Source: Chloroflexota bacterium (GTDB lineage Bacteria; Chloroflexota; UBA11872). From it: DNA of 64,000 nucleotides. Positions 37,776 through 48,500 of this stretch are shown here, piece after piece. The stretch lies in assembly GCA_022821905.1 (NCBI GenBank), contig JAJECS010000030.1:8586-72585 (forward strand). The letters run 5' to 3'. Positions within the stretch are counted from its first letter, which is position 1; the number at the start of each line of letters is the position of its first letter. Both the position numbers and the translations under genes were made by a program. Under the pieces are notes generated by a model. The model saw only the letters and a list, made by a program, of their open reading frames with translations. It did no database searches and was not told the DNA's origin.

Positions 37776-38207
37776 ATGACCCACCGTCTCTATCGGAGCC
37801 AGGCTGATCGGATGCTCACCGGCGTCGCCGGCGGCATGGCGGAATACCTGCGCATCGATCCGGTAATCGTCCGCCTGCTGTGGGTGCTGGCCGTCGTGCT
37901 CTCGAGCGGTCTGGGTCTGCTGGTCTATCTGGCGTTGGCCGTGATCACGCCGTCACTACCCCGGCAGGAGTCTGATGCGGACAGCGCTTCCGACGACGCC
38001 GAGGGCGGCGCCCCAGCCGATGCCCCATCCGCGCCGGCGGACTATGCGCCGGGCCGCAACGGCGCCGCGGTCGTCATCGGCTCTGCCCTAATCGTGATCG
38101 GCGCCGTGGCCCTGGCGAGCCAGTTTGGGTGGTTCGACGCCTGGCGGCTCTGGCCGCTCGCGTTGATCGCGATCGGCGGGGTGTTGATTCTCAACCAGCG
38201 GCGCTAG
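37776..38207 (+). CDS. PspC-domain membrane protein (phage-shock protein C family)
   Basis: MTHRLYRSQADRMLTGVAGGMAEYLRIDPVIVRLLWV is the PspC-domain signature, followed by a TM helix and an acidic tail; the start at 37776 is preferred over the ORF-track start at 37560. Confidence 0.8.
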   Translation: MTHRLYRSQADRMLTGVAGGMAEYLRIDPVIVRLLWVLAVVLSSGLGLLVYLALAVITPSLPRQESDADSASDDAEGGAPADAPSAPADYAPGRNGAAVVIGSALIVIGAVALASQFGWFDAWRLWPLALIAIGGVLILNQRR

Positions 38208-38213
38208 GCCATC

Positions 38214-39116
38214 GTGGATCAGCGGGGGTTTGGCTTCGGCGGAGCGCTGATCCTGGTCGGGATCGTTGCCCTGCTCTGGAACTTCGACGTGCTTCCCGAC
38301 CGGTTCTGGCCCGCGGCGTGGTCGTTGTGGCCGGTTGCGCTGGTGGCTGTCGGCGCCGGCCTGGCGCTCTCGCGGGTGCGCGCCTGGCTGGGATCGACGG
38401 CGTTTCTGGTCGTCCTGGTCGCCGGATTTGGCGCGGCGTGGGGGCTGGCGGCAACCGACCAAGGGTCGGCACTTCACCGCAAAACGATCGCCGTGAACCT
38501 GGGCGAAGCCACGGAGGCGCGCCTGGAGCTGCACGTGGGGGCGGGCTCGCTCACCCTCGACGCGGATGCGCCGCGCGATCTGCTGCTTTCGGGCGAACTG
38601 GAATCGCGCACGGTCGGCGACGCCTATTCGATCAGCACATCACACAATGCCGGCGGCCGAAGCGTAATCAGGCTCAGAAATGCGCCCGACTGGGAATTCT
38701 CGTTTTGGCCAGGCCAGGGCCCGTCCGAGGACTGGACGCTGCATCTCACGCCGGACATTCCCACCGAGATCCGCGTAGAGGCCGGCGCCGCGGACATCGA
38801 CCTGGATCTGCGCGACCTCAGCCTCCGAAGCCTCAAGATCGAGGCCGGCGCCGCCGACGTGAACGTCACGATGCCCGCCGCCGGCGGAAAAACGGAAGCC
38901 AGCATTGAGGTGGGCGCCGCGAGCCTGCGGATCACCGTTCCCGATGGAGTAGCCGCACGGATCGAAGTCGATGCCGGGCTCTCCAGCGTGCAAATCAATG
39001 AGGACCGATTTCCGCAAGCGTCCGACGACGTTTACATTTCGCCAGGATTCGATCGCGCCGCCAACCGCATTGACATCTCCATCGACGCCGGCGCCAGCCA
39101 CGTCGAGATTCGCTGA
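38214..39116 (+). CDS. LiaF-like / DUF4097 putative cell-wall-active-antibiotic response membrane protein
   Basis: N-terminal TM helices plus a C-terminal beta-rich repetitive domain (EAGAADIDL..., EVGAASLRI...) as in LiaF/DUF4097 proteins; adjacent to the PspC-domain gene. Confidence 0.55.
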   Translation: MDQRGFGFGGALILVGIVALLWNFDVLPDRFWPAAWSLWPVALVAVGAGLALSRVRAWLGSTAFLVVLVAGFGAAWGLAATDQGSALHRKTIAVNLGEATEARLELHVGAGSLTLDADAPRDLLLSGELESRTVGDAYSISTSHNAGGRSVIRLRNAPDWEFSFWPGQGPSEDWTLHLTPDIPTEIRVEAGAADIDLDLRDLSLRSLKIEAGAADVNVTMPAAGGKTEASIEVGAASLRITVPDGVAARIEVDAGLSSVQINEDRFPQASDDVYISPGFDRAANRIDISIDAGASHVEIR

Positions 39117-39129
39117 GGGAGCACCCGCC

Positions 39130-39843
39130 GTGACGAACTTGCCCGACTCGGACATCAAAGAGCTGTTGTCTGCCACGTCCACGCCCACACTCACGCACCT
39201 CTTGCAGCTGCGCGGATATCGCAACGTCTACTTCTGCGGGCTGACCCCGGTCGGTCCGGCCGTGCGGGCGGTGGGACGGGCGCGCACGCTGCGCTACACG
39301 CCGCACCGGCCCGACCTCTATCCGGACGACCTATCGCGCAATCCGCAGCGCCTGGCGATCGAATCGATCGAGCCCGGCGAAGTGCTGGTGGCGGAGGCCG
39401 GTGGCCATCTGGGGGCGGGGGTACTGGGCGACATCCTCCTCACGCGAGTGGCCAAGCGAGGCGGCGCGGCGTTCGTGGTCGATGGAGCGGTACGCGACCC
39501 CGACGCCATCGGGGAGCTTGAGATGCCGGTGTTCGTGCGGGGCATTCACGGTGCGGCGCACATGCGCGACCTGGTGCCCATCGGACACGACGTGCCGGTT
39601 CGCTGCGCCGGGTGCACGGTTGTCCCGGGCGACTGGATCGTGTGCGATGCGAACGGCGCGGCCGTGGTGCCGCCAGACGTTGCCGCCGAAGTCGCCGCCG
39701 AGGGTGCGGAGATGGACCTCAAGGAGGAGTACGTCCTCGAACTGATCGACGGGGGCGCCTCCACCGTCGACGTCTATCCGCCCACCGACGACAACATGCA
39801 GGGCTTCCCCGCGTGGAAGGCGGCGCGGGGCGACAAGTCGTAG
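39130..39843 (+). CDS. RraA-family protein (4-hydroxy-4-methyl-2-oxoglutarate aldolase / oxaloacetate decarboxylase or RNase E regulator-like)
   Basis: RraA/MenG-like fold motifs (VLVAEAGGHLGAGVLGDILLTRVAKRGGAAFVVDGAVRD); the GTG at 39130 follows a GAGGGAG ribosome-binding site. Confidence 0.65.
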   Translation: MTNLPDSDIKELLSATSTPTLTHLLQLRGYRNVYFCGLTPVGPAVRAVGRARTLRYTPHRPDLYPDDLSRNPQRLAIESIEPGEVLVAEAGGHLGAGVLGDILLTRVAKRGGAAFVVDGAVRDPDAIGELEMPVFVRGIHGAAHMRDLVPIGHDVPVRCAGCTVVPGDWIVCDANGAAVVPPDVAAEVAAEGAEMDLKEEYVLELIDGGASTVDVYPPTDDNMQGFPAWKAARGDKS

Positions 39844-39909
39844 CGCGCGCCGCGCAGTGATACTCGCGGTCGCAGGCGGCGACGGCATCAGGCAGTTGGA
39901 CCCCGACGC

Positions 39910-40347
39910 ATGACGCAGCAGTCGATCGTGGGCGTGTGGCGGCTCGTGTCGTACGAGTCGCGACCGGAATCGGGAGCGACTCGGCTGCCCTATGGCCAGC
40001 GGGTCAGTGGATACCTGATCTATACCCCGCAGGGCTACATGTCGGTGACGATCATGGGCGCCAATCGGCCAAACCTCGCCTCCGAGGACCGTCTCTCCGG
40101 CACGCCCGACGAGTACGCGCGGGCCATGAAGACGTACGTCTCCTACTGCGGTCGCTACACCGTGGAATCCGACCGCGTCGTCCATCACATCGAGCTCAGC
40201 CACTTTCCGAACTGGTGTGGCAGGGACCAGGTGCGTTTCTACCAACTCGAGGGTGATTGCCTGCGGCTGCGAACGCCGCCGTTCGTGCTCGGCGGCGTCC
40301 AGCAGACCGCGCATCTCGTCTTGGAGCGCGTGCAGGTCGGCGAGTAG
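39910..40347 (+). CDS. Bacterial lipocalin-like domain protein
   Basis: An N-terminal GVWRLVSYE motif and size (145 aa) typical of the Lipocalin_5-like family. Confidence 0.5.
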   Translation: MTQQSIVGVWRLVSYESRPESGATRLPYGQRVSGYLIYTPQGYMSVTIMGANRPNLASEDRLSGTPDEYARAMKTYVSYCGRYTVESDRVVHHIELSHFPNWCGRDQVRFYQLEGDCLRLRTPPFVLGGVQQTAHLVLERVQVGE

Positions 40348-40421
40348 CGCCGCCCGAGCGACGCTCGCGACGGGCGGCCAACTCGGGCGGGCGCGTACGA
40401 TGCGTTGCGGCTTGAGTCAGG

Positions 40422-41585
40422 GTGTCCTCGATGAGCTATCCACGAGCCTTTTCCAAGGCTGAATTCGAGCGCCGCGCCTCCGCGGTTACCGCGCGCATGC
40501 GCGATGCGGGATTGGACGCGCTCATTGCGTACTCGGTTCGCAACAGCCAGGGGCCCGTGGCCTATCTCGGCGGCTACGAGCCCGACCTCGGCCTGCACGA
40601 CGTTTCGTATTTCCTATTGATCCCGGGAGGAACGCCCGAGGCCATCCTGGTGACCAATGGTTTCTGGGACGATCCGGCCTCGCGCACGTGGGTCGATGAC
40701 GTCGTGATCTCCTACAAGTTCGAGTCGAGCCTGCCGGAGCTGCTGCCGAGCACGGCAGCGCGGATCGGAGTGGCGGGCTTCGATTACCTGCCGGCTCCGG
40801 TCTATCTGGGCCTACAGTCGGCGCTGCCCCGCTGCGAGATCGTGGACGCCACGCGGCTGGTGATGGAAGTGGCGCAGATCAAGAGTCCGGCCGAGATCGA
40901 GGTCATTCGCACCGGCATGTCGATCAACGATTGCGGCGGACGGGCGTTCCTGGCGAACGTCCACGAGGGCGCAAACGAGCGGTTGCTGCAAGTCGCCGTC
41001 GAACAGGCGCTCATGCAGGCGGGAGCGGACGGCCTCTACTACAACCCGCAGATCTACAGCGGGGCGAGCGTCGCGCACGGCATGGGCATGCGAACGGACC
41101 GCGTCCTCCGGGCGGGCGACCAGGTCCAGGTGGACTGTGGGGCGATGTATCGCGGCTATCGCGGCGACCTCTCGCGGGTGACCACCGTCGGCCGTGGGTC
41201 ACCGAAGGTCAGGCACATCATGGAGGCCACGGCGCTCATGTACGAAGACATGGTGGACGCCCTGCGTCCGGGGACGGCCGCGGCCGACGTGGCCCGCGCC
41301 GGGATTCGCGTGGCCGAAGCGAACGGACTCGGCGACGGGCTGTATCGCCCGACGCCGGACCATCCGCCCGGCATGCTCGGCCACGGCATCGGCTGCTGGA
41401 TCCATGAGTTGCCGGACATTCAACTCGATTCAACCGACGTGATTGAGCCCGGCATGGTGGTGGTGCTCGAGACCATCCTGGGGCAACCGGGGACCGGCGG
41501 GGCGAAGATCGAAGACGCGGTGCTGGTGACCGACGGCGCGCCCGAACGGCTCTCCAGCCTCCCGGTGCGCACGTGGCCGTTGTGA
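40422..41585 (+). CDS. M24-family metallopeptidase (Xaa-Pro aminopeptidase/creatinase-like)
   Basis: A creatinase/prolidase N-terminal domain and a pita-bread catalytic domain with conserved D/H/E metal ligands (DCGAMYRGYRGDLSR, HGIGCWIHE). Confidence 0.75.
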   Translation: MSSMSYPRAFSKAEFERRASAVTARMRDAGLDALIAYSVRNSQGPVAYLGGYEPDLGLHDVSYFLLIPGGTPEAILVTNGFWDDPASRTWVDDVVISYKFESSLPELLPSTAARIGVAGFDYLPAPVYLGLQSALPRCEIVDATRLVMEVAQIKSPAEIEVIRTGMSINDCGGRAFLANVHEGANERLLQVAVEQALMQAGADGLYYNPQIYSGASVAHGMGMRTDRVLRAGDQVQVDCGAMYRGYRGDLSRVTTVGRGSPKVRHIMEATALMYEDMVDALRPGTAAADVARAGIRVAEANGLGDGLYRPTPDHPPGMLGHGIGCWIHELPDIQLDSTDVIEPGMVVVLETILGQPGTGGAKIEDAVLVTDGAPERLSSLPVRTWPL

Positions 41586-41636
41586 AATCGGTGGTAGCGT
41601 ACGCGTCGGCCACCCGCGCCGTTTGAAGGTCTCCGC

Positions 41637-43289
41637 ATGACAACCACCGACGCCATTGCACACATCCTGCAGGCCGAGGGCATCGAGTTCCTCAGCGTGT
41701 ACCCGACCACACCCATCATCGAATCGGTGGCGGAGATCGGCATCCGTCCCGTCCTCTGCCGCCAGGAGCGGGTGGGCGTGGACATTGCGGACGGATTCTC
41801 CCGCGTCACCAACGGCAATCCGCCCGGCGTGTTCGCCATGCAATATGGTCCGGGCGCCGAGAATGCGTTTTCCGGAATCGCCACCGCGTTTACGGATGGA
41901 GCGCCGCTGCTCGTCCTGCCGCTGGGACAGCCGGGAGACCGCGATGGCGTGGACCCGCTGTTCAGCTCGATGCGGTCATACGCCTCGGTCACGCGGTCCA
42001 TCCAGCGCATCAACAGCCCCGCGGAGGTCGCGGACCGGATGCGCCGCGCCTTTGCCGCGCTTCGCGCGGGACCCGGCGGACCGGTCATGGTCGAGATTCC
42101 GGCCGACGTGGCCGAGGCCGAGGTCGACGAGGCCGTTCCCGCAGGCTATCGGCCCGTGCGCCCAGTTCTTTCGGCCGCGAACCCCGACGATGTCCGCAGT
42201 GCGGCGCAGACCCTGCTCGACGCCCGGCATCCGGTGCTGCTCGCCGGGCAGGGGGTGCTCTATGCGGGCGCAAGCCGCGAGCTGATCGAGCTGGCGGAGC
42301 TGCTCGGCGTGCCCGTGGCGACGACCATGGCCGGCAAGAGCGCGTTTCCCGAAAAGCACCCGCTGGCCCTGGGAAGCGTTTCCAGCGTATCGAGCGAGCC
42401 CGCACGGCACTTCGTCGAGCAGGCCGACCTCATTTGCGGGATTGGCACCAGCTTTACCAGGCACATCATGAGCATGCCGATCCCCGCCGGGAAGACGATC
42501 GTTCAGCTCACCGGCAACCCGCGCGACATCGCCAAGGACTACGACATCGACGTGGCGGCGGTCGGCGACGCAAAGCTCGTGCTTCGCCAACTCATCGAAG
42601 CCTGCCGCGACCTCACAGGCGGCCAGCCGACCGGAGCCAATGGCGCGCCGGGCGGCGAGATCGAGGCCATTCGTCGCGAGTGGCTGGCCGACTGGATGCC
42701 CAAGCTGGCTTCAGACGCCAAGCCGATCAATCCTTACCGAGTGATCTGGGAATTCATGCAGCGGGTCGATCCCTCCGAAGCCATCGTGACCCACGATTCG
42801 GGCAGCCCGCGCGATCAGATCATGCCGTTCTACCAGGCCGGCGGGCCGCGCACGTATCTCGGCTGGGGCAGGTCGCACGCGCTGGGGACAGGCCTGGGCT
42901 TGAGCATTGGCGCGAAGCTCGCGGCCCCGGACAAGTTCGTCGTCAACTACATGGGTGACGCGGCGTTTGGGATGACCGGGCTCGACATCGAGACGGCCGT
43001 GCGCTGCAAGATTCCGATTCTGACGATCGTGCTCAACAACTCGTCGATGGCCATCGAGGCCCGCCACTTGCCGCGGTCGCACGCCAAATACCGCACGCGA
43101 GACATCGGCGGGGAATACGCGGAGATGGCGGCAGCCATGGGGGCGTGGACCGAGCGCGTGGACGAGCCCGACGACGTCGGCCCGGCCCTCGAGCGGGCCA
43201 GACGCGCCACGGAGGACGGCCGCACGGCGCTGCTGGAATTCATCACCAGCGAGGAGATCACGTTCTCGAACAAGAACGCGATTAGCTAG
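41637..43289 (+). CDS. Thiamine-diphosphate-dependent enzyme of the acetolactate synthase/benzoylformate decarboxylase family
   Basis: Three-domain TPP-enzyme architecture and the TPP-binding motif GDAAFGMTGLDIETAVRCKIPILTIVLNN. Confidence 0.75.
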   Translation: MTTTDAIAHILQAEGIEFLSVYPTTPIIESVAEIGIRPVLCRQERVGVDIADGFSRVTNGNPPGVFAMQYGPGAENAFSGIATAFTDGAPLLVLPLGQPGDRDGVDPLFSSMRSYASVTRSIQRINSPAEVADRMRRAFAALRAGPGGPVMVEIPADVAEAEVDEAVPAGYRPVRPVLSAANPDDVRSAAQTLLDARHPVLLAGQGVLYAGASRELIELAELLGVPVATTMAGKSAFPEKHPLALGSVSSVSSEPARHFVEQADLICGIGTSFTRHIMSMPIPAGKTIVQLTGNPRDIAKDYDIDVAAVGDAKLVLRQLIEACRDLTGGQPTGANGAPGGEIEAIRREWLADWMPKLASDAKPINPYRVIWEFMQRVDPSEAIVTHDSGSPRDQIMPFYQAGGPRTYLGWGRSHALGTGLGLSIGAKLAAPDKFVVNYMGDAAFGMTGLDIETAVRCKIPILTIVLNNSSMAIEARHLPRSHAKYRTRDIGGEYAEMAAAMGAWTERVDEPDDVGPALERARRATEDGRTALLEFITSEEITFSNKNAIS

Positions 43290-43303
43290 GCGACCCTGGC
43301 AAT

Positions 43304-44116
43304 CTAGTCGCCGGGCTCGATGTCCACGACCAGCAGCGATTCCTCGTTTCCGGCGTTCGCCGCCAGCAACTCGCCGCCCGGGGCGAAGACGGCGGCCCGG
43401 CCGGTCACGCGGTGGGGCCACCCGGGACGCTCATCGAAGTCGCCGCGCGGGTCCTTGGCGTCGAGGTAGAGCGCAAACACGCCCAGCCGTTCGGCCAGGT
43501 CCTCGGCGCGGCGCTTGAGCGTGTCGCGCTGGTTGAAGTCCAAGATTTCGGCCCATGAGTCCCCGGCATCCTGGAAGTCCTTGATGCAGTCGAAGTGCGG
43601 CTCGACGATGAGGCGAGCGCCGAGACCCACGAGGGTGTCGTGGATTGCGGGCGACTCGTTGTCGGCGCAGATGGTCACGCCGATCGTGAGGCGGCCAAGC
43701 CGAAACGGCGTCATGTCGTCGCCGCCGCCCCGGTAGAAGTCCATCTCGCTGGTGGTCGGCTGCAGCTTGCGCTGGACGTGCCGCACACCGTCGCCGTCAA
43801 CAATGACGTACGCATTGAACGGCTTGGGCGCGAGGCCGCGTTCGGCAATGCCGGCGCCGATGGCCAGTCCAAACTGCGCGGCCATGCGCGTCAGCCGCTC
43901 GGTCGAGGGACCGGGAATCGGCTCGGCTCGCGTCTCCAGTTCGACAGGGTCGGCGTCGGCGTCGTAGGTCACCCAGGGACCGTGCACGGAGAACTCGGGG
44001 AAGAGCACCAGGTCGCATCCCGCGGCGGCCGCCTGCTCGGCGAACGCCTCGATCCTCTCCAGGTTCGCATCCCGCTGCCCCCGCAGGGAGCACAGGGTGA
44101 CCATGCCAATTCGCAT
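43304..44116 (-). CDS. Carbon-nitrogen hydrolase (nitrilase superfamily) protein
   Basis: The catalytic-triad context EFSVHGPW (Glu), a conserved Lys region and Cys in TICADNESP. Confidence 0.75.
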   Translation of the reverse strand: MRIGMVTLCSLRGQRDANLERIEAFAEQAAAAGCDLVLFPEFSVHGPWVTYDADADPVELETRAEPIPGPSTERLTRMAAQFGLAIGAGIAERGLAPKPFNAYVIVDGDGVRHVQRKLQPTTSEMDFYRGGGDDMTPFRLGRLTIGVTICADNESPAIHDTLVGLGARLIVEPHFDCIKDFQDAGDSWAEILDFNQRDTLKRRAEDLAERLGVFALYLDAKDPRGDFDERPGWPHRVTGRAAVFAPGGELLAANAGNEESLLVVDIEPGD

Positions 44117-44566
44117 CGACGCCTCAGTCGCGGCTCTTCCGAAACCCACCAAGCCTCACACAGGCCGAGATGCCGCGCGTTGCGGGAACTCCGCCGAGCG
44201 CTTCGCCACGCACCACTCCCGGTGGGGGTTTGAGACGCGCGGCCGTGTGCGGGCTGCGACTCGAGGGGCGCGGCGCGTCGTCCATGGTTTTCCGCGCGAC
44301 AGTGGCTATGCTTACAGTCAAATCGGCCGATGTGCGGCGACCCTGAGGCTGGGTGGGCACGGCTGGGCCCCATTCCACCCGCGCGAGCGGTGCCGGATGG
44401 GCTCCGGGGCAGATCATCAGATCGATCCGGCGGCTTCGAGACGACGAATGGTCCACGCGGCGAAGCGCGGACCCGCAACCAGCCGGGAATATCCCGCCGC
44501 ACGTCACGTAGAGGTTTCTTGGCCGGGGCGAACGGCCCCTGCCGTTTCATGGACGGAGCATGTCCT

Positions 44567-45205
44567 ATGGCCCGCCTGGCGATATTCATCGATGGCGCAT
44601 ACCTGGAGTCGGTGCTCAAGTACGAGTTCGGCGGCGTCCGCATCGATTTGACGAAGCTGGTCGACGAGATCCAGGACCACGTCGAGGAGAACAGTCCTGA
44701 GCCCATTGAAGTCCTGCGGACGTACTACTACAACTGCCGGCCCTACCAAAGCGACCCCCCGACGCCGGAGGAGATGGACCGATACTCGAACTCGCGGCGC
44801 TTCGAGGACGCGCTGCGGTATCTGCCCCGCTTCGAGGTGCGGCTGGGGTATCTCCGCAAGAGCGGCATCGACGAGTGGGGCAATCCGGTCTTCGAGCAGA
44901 AGCAAGTCGATCTGCTGCTCGGCCTCGACATGGCGCTGCTCGCCAGCAAGAAGCAGGTGCAGCACGTGGCGCTGGTGGCGGGCGACGGGGATCTCTACCC
45001 GGCGGTGCAGGTCCTCAAGAGCGAGGGTTCGGTCGCCTGGTTGATCCACGGGCCGCGGCAGGGCAGTGACGGACGCCCGATGTACTCGTCCAATCTCTTC
45101 AAGGCCGCCGACGAGCGATTTGAGCTGGATGAAGAGCTGATCGACCGCCTGCGAATGTCTGCCCCGCGATTGGCCGGTGGCGCTGCGCCGGAGACGCTTG
45201 GGTAA
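44567..45205 (+). CDS. NYN-domain (LabA/PIN-like) protein
   Basis: MARLAIFIDGAYL and ...VALVAGDGDLYPAVQ are NYN/LabA hallmarks; an alternative in-frame ATG lies at 44549. Confidence 0.7.
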   Translation: MARLAIFIDGAYLESVLKYEFGGVRIDLTKLVDEIQDHVEENSPEPIEVLRTYYYNCRPYQSDPPTPEEMDRYSNSRRFEDALRYLPRFEVRLGYLRKSGIDEWGNPVFEQKQVDLLLGLDMALLASKKQVQHVALVAGDGDLYPAVQVLKSEGSVAWLIHGPRQGSDGRPMYSSNLFKAADERFELDEELIDRLRMSAPRLAGGAAPETLG

Positions 45206-45266
45206 CTCGGTCGTCCCATCGACGGGCAAGGCGAAGCTGGCGTAGGGGTCGAAATCGAAAAGGCTG

Positions 45267-45290
45267 GGATTCCCACGCTCGCGGGAATGG
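45267..45290. repeat. Variant copy of the dispersed GGATTCCC...GCGGGAATG repeat
   Basis: GGGATTCCCACGCTCGCGGGAATGG in the NYN-RCC1 intergenic region. Confidence 0.6.
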
Positions 45291-45370
45291 AGCGGGCTCA
45301 GACGAGACTACGAGTGACCGGTCCGACGCTGCCTGCAACCCGGGCCAGCAGGCAACCCTAGATTGTTGTC

Positions 45371-45393
45371 GGGGCAGCCATTGTGGCTGCCCT
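45371..45393. terminator. Perfect 9-bp hairpin GGGCAGCCA-TTG-TGGCTGCCC downstream of the NYN gene
   Basis: Seen directly in the sequence; no U-tract, which is common in high-GC taxa. Confidence 0.3.
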
Positions 45394-45591
45394 GGTTGAT
45401 CCCGACGGGCGCCTCCGCGCGGACATACCGGCGCGAATCTGGTGTGACCTGAGTGGGGTATAGGAACGGCGGAGCCCACGCTGCACGCAGCGCGGGCCGC
45501 CGAGCACGAGAAAATTGCAAGATCTTGGGAACGATTGGCCCGCGGGCCGCGTACTGTCTCCAAAGGGACCGCTGCGTCTGGAGCCCGTTGC

Positions 45592-48500
45592 ATGCCTGGG
45601 CGACCATTGACCGACGAGCCACGTCGCCGGCGGCTGCAAGCCATTCGCGTGGTCACGGCTGCGTTGGCCCTGGCGCTGATCATCGCCGCGCCGCCAGCCG
45701 CCGAGGCCGAGGACCCGCCCGCGACGACCGGGCCGCGGTTCGTCGCCGTCGGCAGCGGGGAGTACCACTCGTGTGCGCTGCGAGCCGACGGCGAAGCCGT
45801 GTGCTGGGGCGCTCAACCCGTTGATCCCGACGCCGAACTCGATCCGGTTGACTTCGGCCAGGCCTCGCCACCAACCGGCGAACGGTTCACGGCCATCAGC
45901 AGCGGCGGCTGGCACACCTGCGGCCTGCGTGAAGACGGTTCCGCCGTGTGCTGGGGCCGCGATGAACACGGGCAGGCCTCACCGCCGATAGACGAGCGGT
46001 TCTCGGCCATCAGCAGCGGCGGCCGTCACACGTGTGCCCTGCGCGAAGACGGAACCGCGGTGTGCTGGGGGAACAATCAGGAAGGCCAGGCTTCGCCGCC
46101 TGAGGGCGAACGCCTAGCCACGGTCAGCAGCGGCGGCTACCACACCTGCGGGTTGCGCGAGGACGGACAGGCCGTGTGTTGGGGGCCGGAGCCTGGGTCG
46201 GACGGCCACACCGGATGGTCGGCGCCGCCCGACGAGCCGCTGGTCGCACTGTCCAGCACCTGGGGCAGGTCATGCGGCCTGACGGCTGATGGCGGGGCGG
46301 TCTGCTGGGGCGCATGGTCGGACGTGGTCTATGAAGGCACGTCGCCGCCCAGCGATCAGTTTGTCACCTTGACCGTGGACGCTGAGGGCGGCTGCGGTCT
46401 CTGGACCAATCGCACGGCGGTGTGCTGGGGCTTCGGCTACTTCTATCCCACGCCCGAACGTGTGCGCTTTGCGGCGATCAGTCGCGCCAACAACCACATT
46501 TGCGCGATCCGAGAGGCTGACGGCGGGTTGGTGTGCTGGGGCGACAACGACTATGGGCAAGCGACGCCTCCAGACGGCGAGCGATTCGTCAAGGCCGAGC
46601 CCCGCGTCAAGCCGCCCAAGCCCGTGGTGCCCTTTGTTGCCGTCAGCAGTGGCTCGAACCATGCGTGCGGCCTCACCGGCAGTGGCAGCGTCTGGTGCTG
46701 GGGCGACGATGAGTACGGAAAGGCGTCACCGCCCGAAGGCGAGACATTCGCGGCCATCGCCAGTGGATCGGATCACACCTGCGGGATCCGCCTGGACGGC
46801 ACACTGGTCTGTTGGGGAAGAGATCACCGGGCCCAGGCATCGCCGCCGGAAGGTGGCGGATTCGCCGCCGTCACCAGCGGGCTGAGCCACTCCTGCGCAT
46901 TGCGCGAGGACGGCACGGCCGTCTGCTGGGGCGGCTTCGTTGACGATGAGAGCCTGGAAACGCTGAGCGAGCAGCAACTCAGCGCCATCAGCAGCGGGGC
47001 GTTTGGGTTCTGCGCGCTGCGAACCGACGGCAGCCTGATTTGCTCCCAATCCGTCGGCGCGCCGCCGGAGGGCGAGACGTTTGCGGCAATCAGCGTGGGG
47101 TGGGACCACGCCTGCGGGCTGCGCGAGGACGGCTCGCCGGTCTGCTGGGGGGAGCGCTTTTCCTGGACGTCGCGCGGCCAGGCCTCGCCGCCGGAGGGTG
47201 AGCGGTTCGTGGCCATCAGCAGCGGGTTCGACCACACCTGCGCCGTGCGGGCGGACGGCACCCCTGTGTGCTGGGGCGGCGAGGATCCCCAATCCGATCG
47301 CGGCCAGGCCTCACCGCCGCCAATCGAACGGCTAGTCGCCGTCAGCAGCGGATCCGGATTCACCTGCGGCCTGCGCAGGGACGGCACGGAGGTCTGCTGG
47401 CGCTTCACACCCTCGGGCGTGGCTATCGACTCCGAAGCCATTCGCGCCCACTACCGATACAGGAGCGCGCGGCCGTCGCTTGTCAGCGGCGGCGACTGGC
47501 ACTCCTGCGGCGTCCTGGAGGCGGGCGGCTTCGCGTGCGTCCATACCAATCCTGGGAGCGACATACCGCTAGGCATCAGCAGCCGCGGATTCGAGGAGGT
47601 CAGCAACCGTGTCTTCACGTCGATGAGCACCGGCAATCGATTCACCTGCGCGCTCGATCCGGACGGCGCACCGGTGTGCTGGGGCATCGACGACTACGGC
47701 CAGGCGTCGCCGCCCGCCGATGAGCGATTCACCGCCCTCAGCAGTGGGGAACGGCATGTCTGTGCGCTTCGCGGGGACGGCACGCCGGTGTGCTGGGGCG
47801 ACCCGGCGCAAGGCCGCACCACGCCGCCCGCAGGGGAATCGCTCACCACCATCAGCAGTGGCTGGGCCCACACCTGTGCGCTCCGTGCGGACGGCACGCC
47901 CATCTGCTGGGGCCGCGACTACTACGGCCAGGCATCGCCGCCCGACGGTGAGCAGCTCGTCACCATCAGCAGCGGGCACGCGCACACGTGCGGCTTGAGA
48001 GCAGATGGCGCACCGGTCTGCTGGGGACGGAACGACAGCGAGCAGGCATCACCGCCTGCGGGTGCGCAGTTCGTATCGATCAGCAGTGGCCCGGCCCACA
48101 CCTGCGCCCTTCACGCCGACGGCAGCCCGTTCTGTTGGGGCGATGAAGATAGCGAGGTTCTGAGAGCGCCGAGCGTCGACCAGTACAGCTCGGTTTACAG
48201 TGGCGAGGTGCACGCCTGCGGACTGCGGGCGGACGGGACTCTTGTCTGCTGGGGCGACAGCTACTCGGCCGCCCCGAAGGGCGAGGCACTCGCGACGGTG
48301 AGCCTCGGGCTGGCGCACAGCTGCGGCCTACGCCAGGACGGCCGCCCTGTCTGTTGGGGCGATGGCTACGAGACGCCGGTTGTCTCGGCCCGCCAGTCGA
48401 TCTACCAGATCATCAGTGCGCAGAGTGTCCGCGCCATCGCCAGCGGCTATGACCATGCGTGTGTGCTGCGCCAGGACGGCACCCCGGTGTGCTGGTCGCT

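Noticed and set aside
44097-44651. 184-aa plus-strand ORF and overlapping minus-strand ORFs in the CN-hydrolase/NYN intergenic region
   Set aside because: Arg-rich biased composition, no start context; likely non-coding
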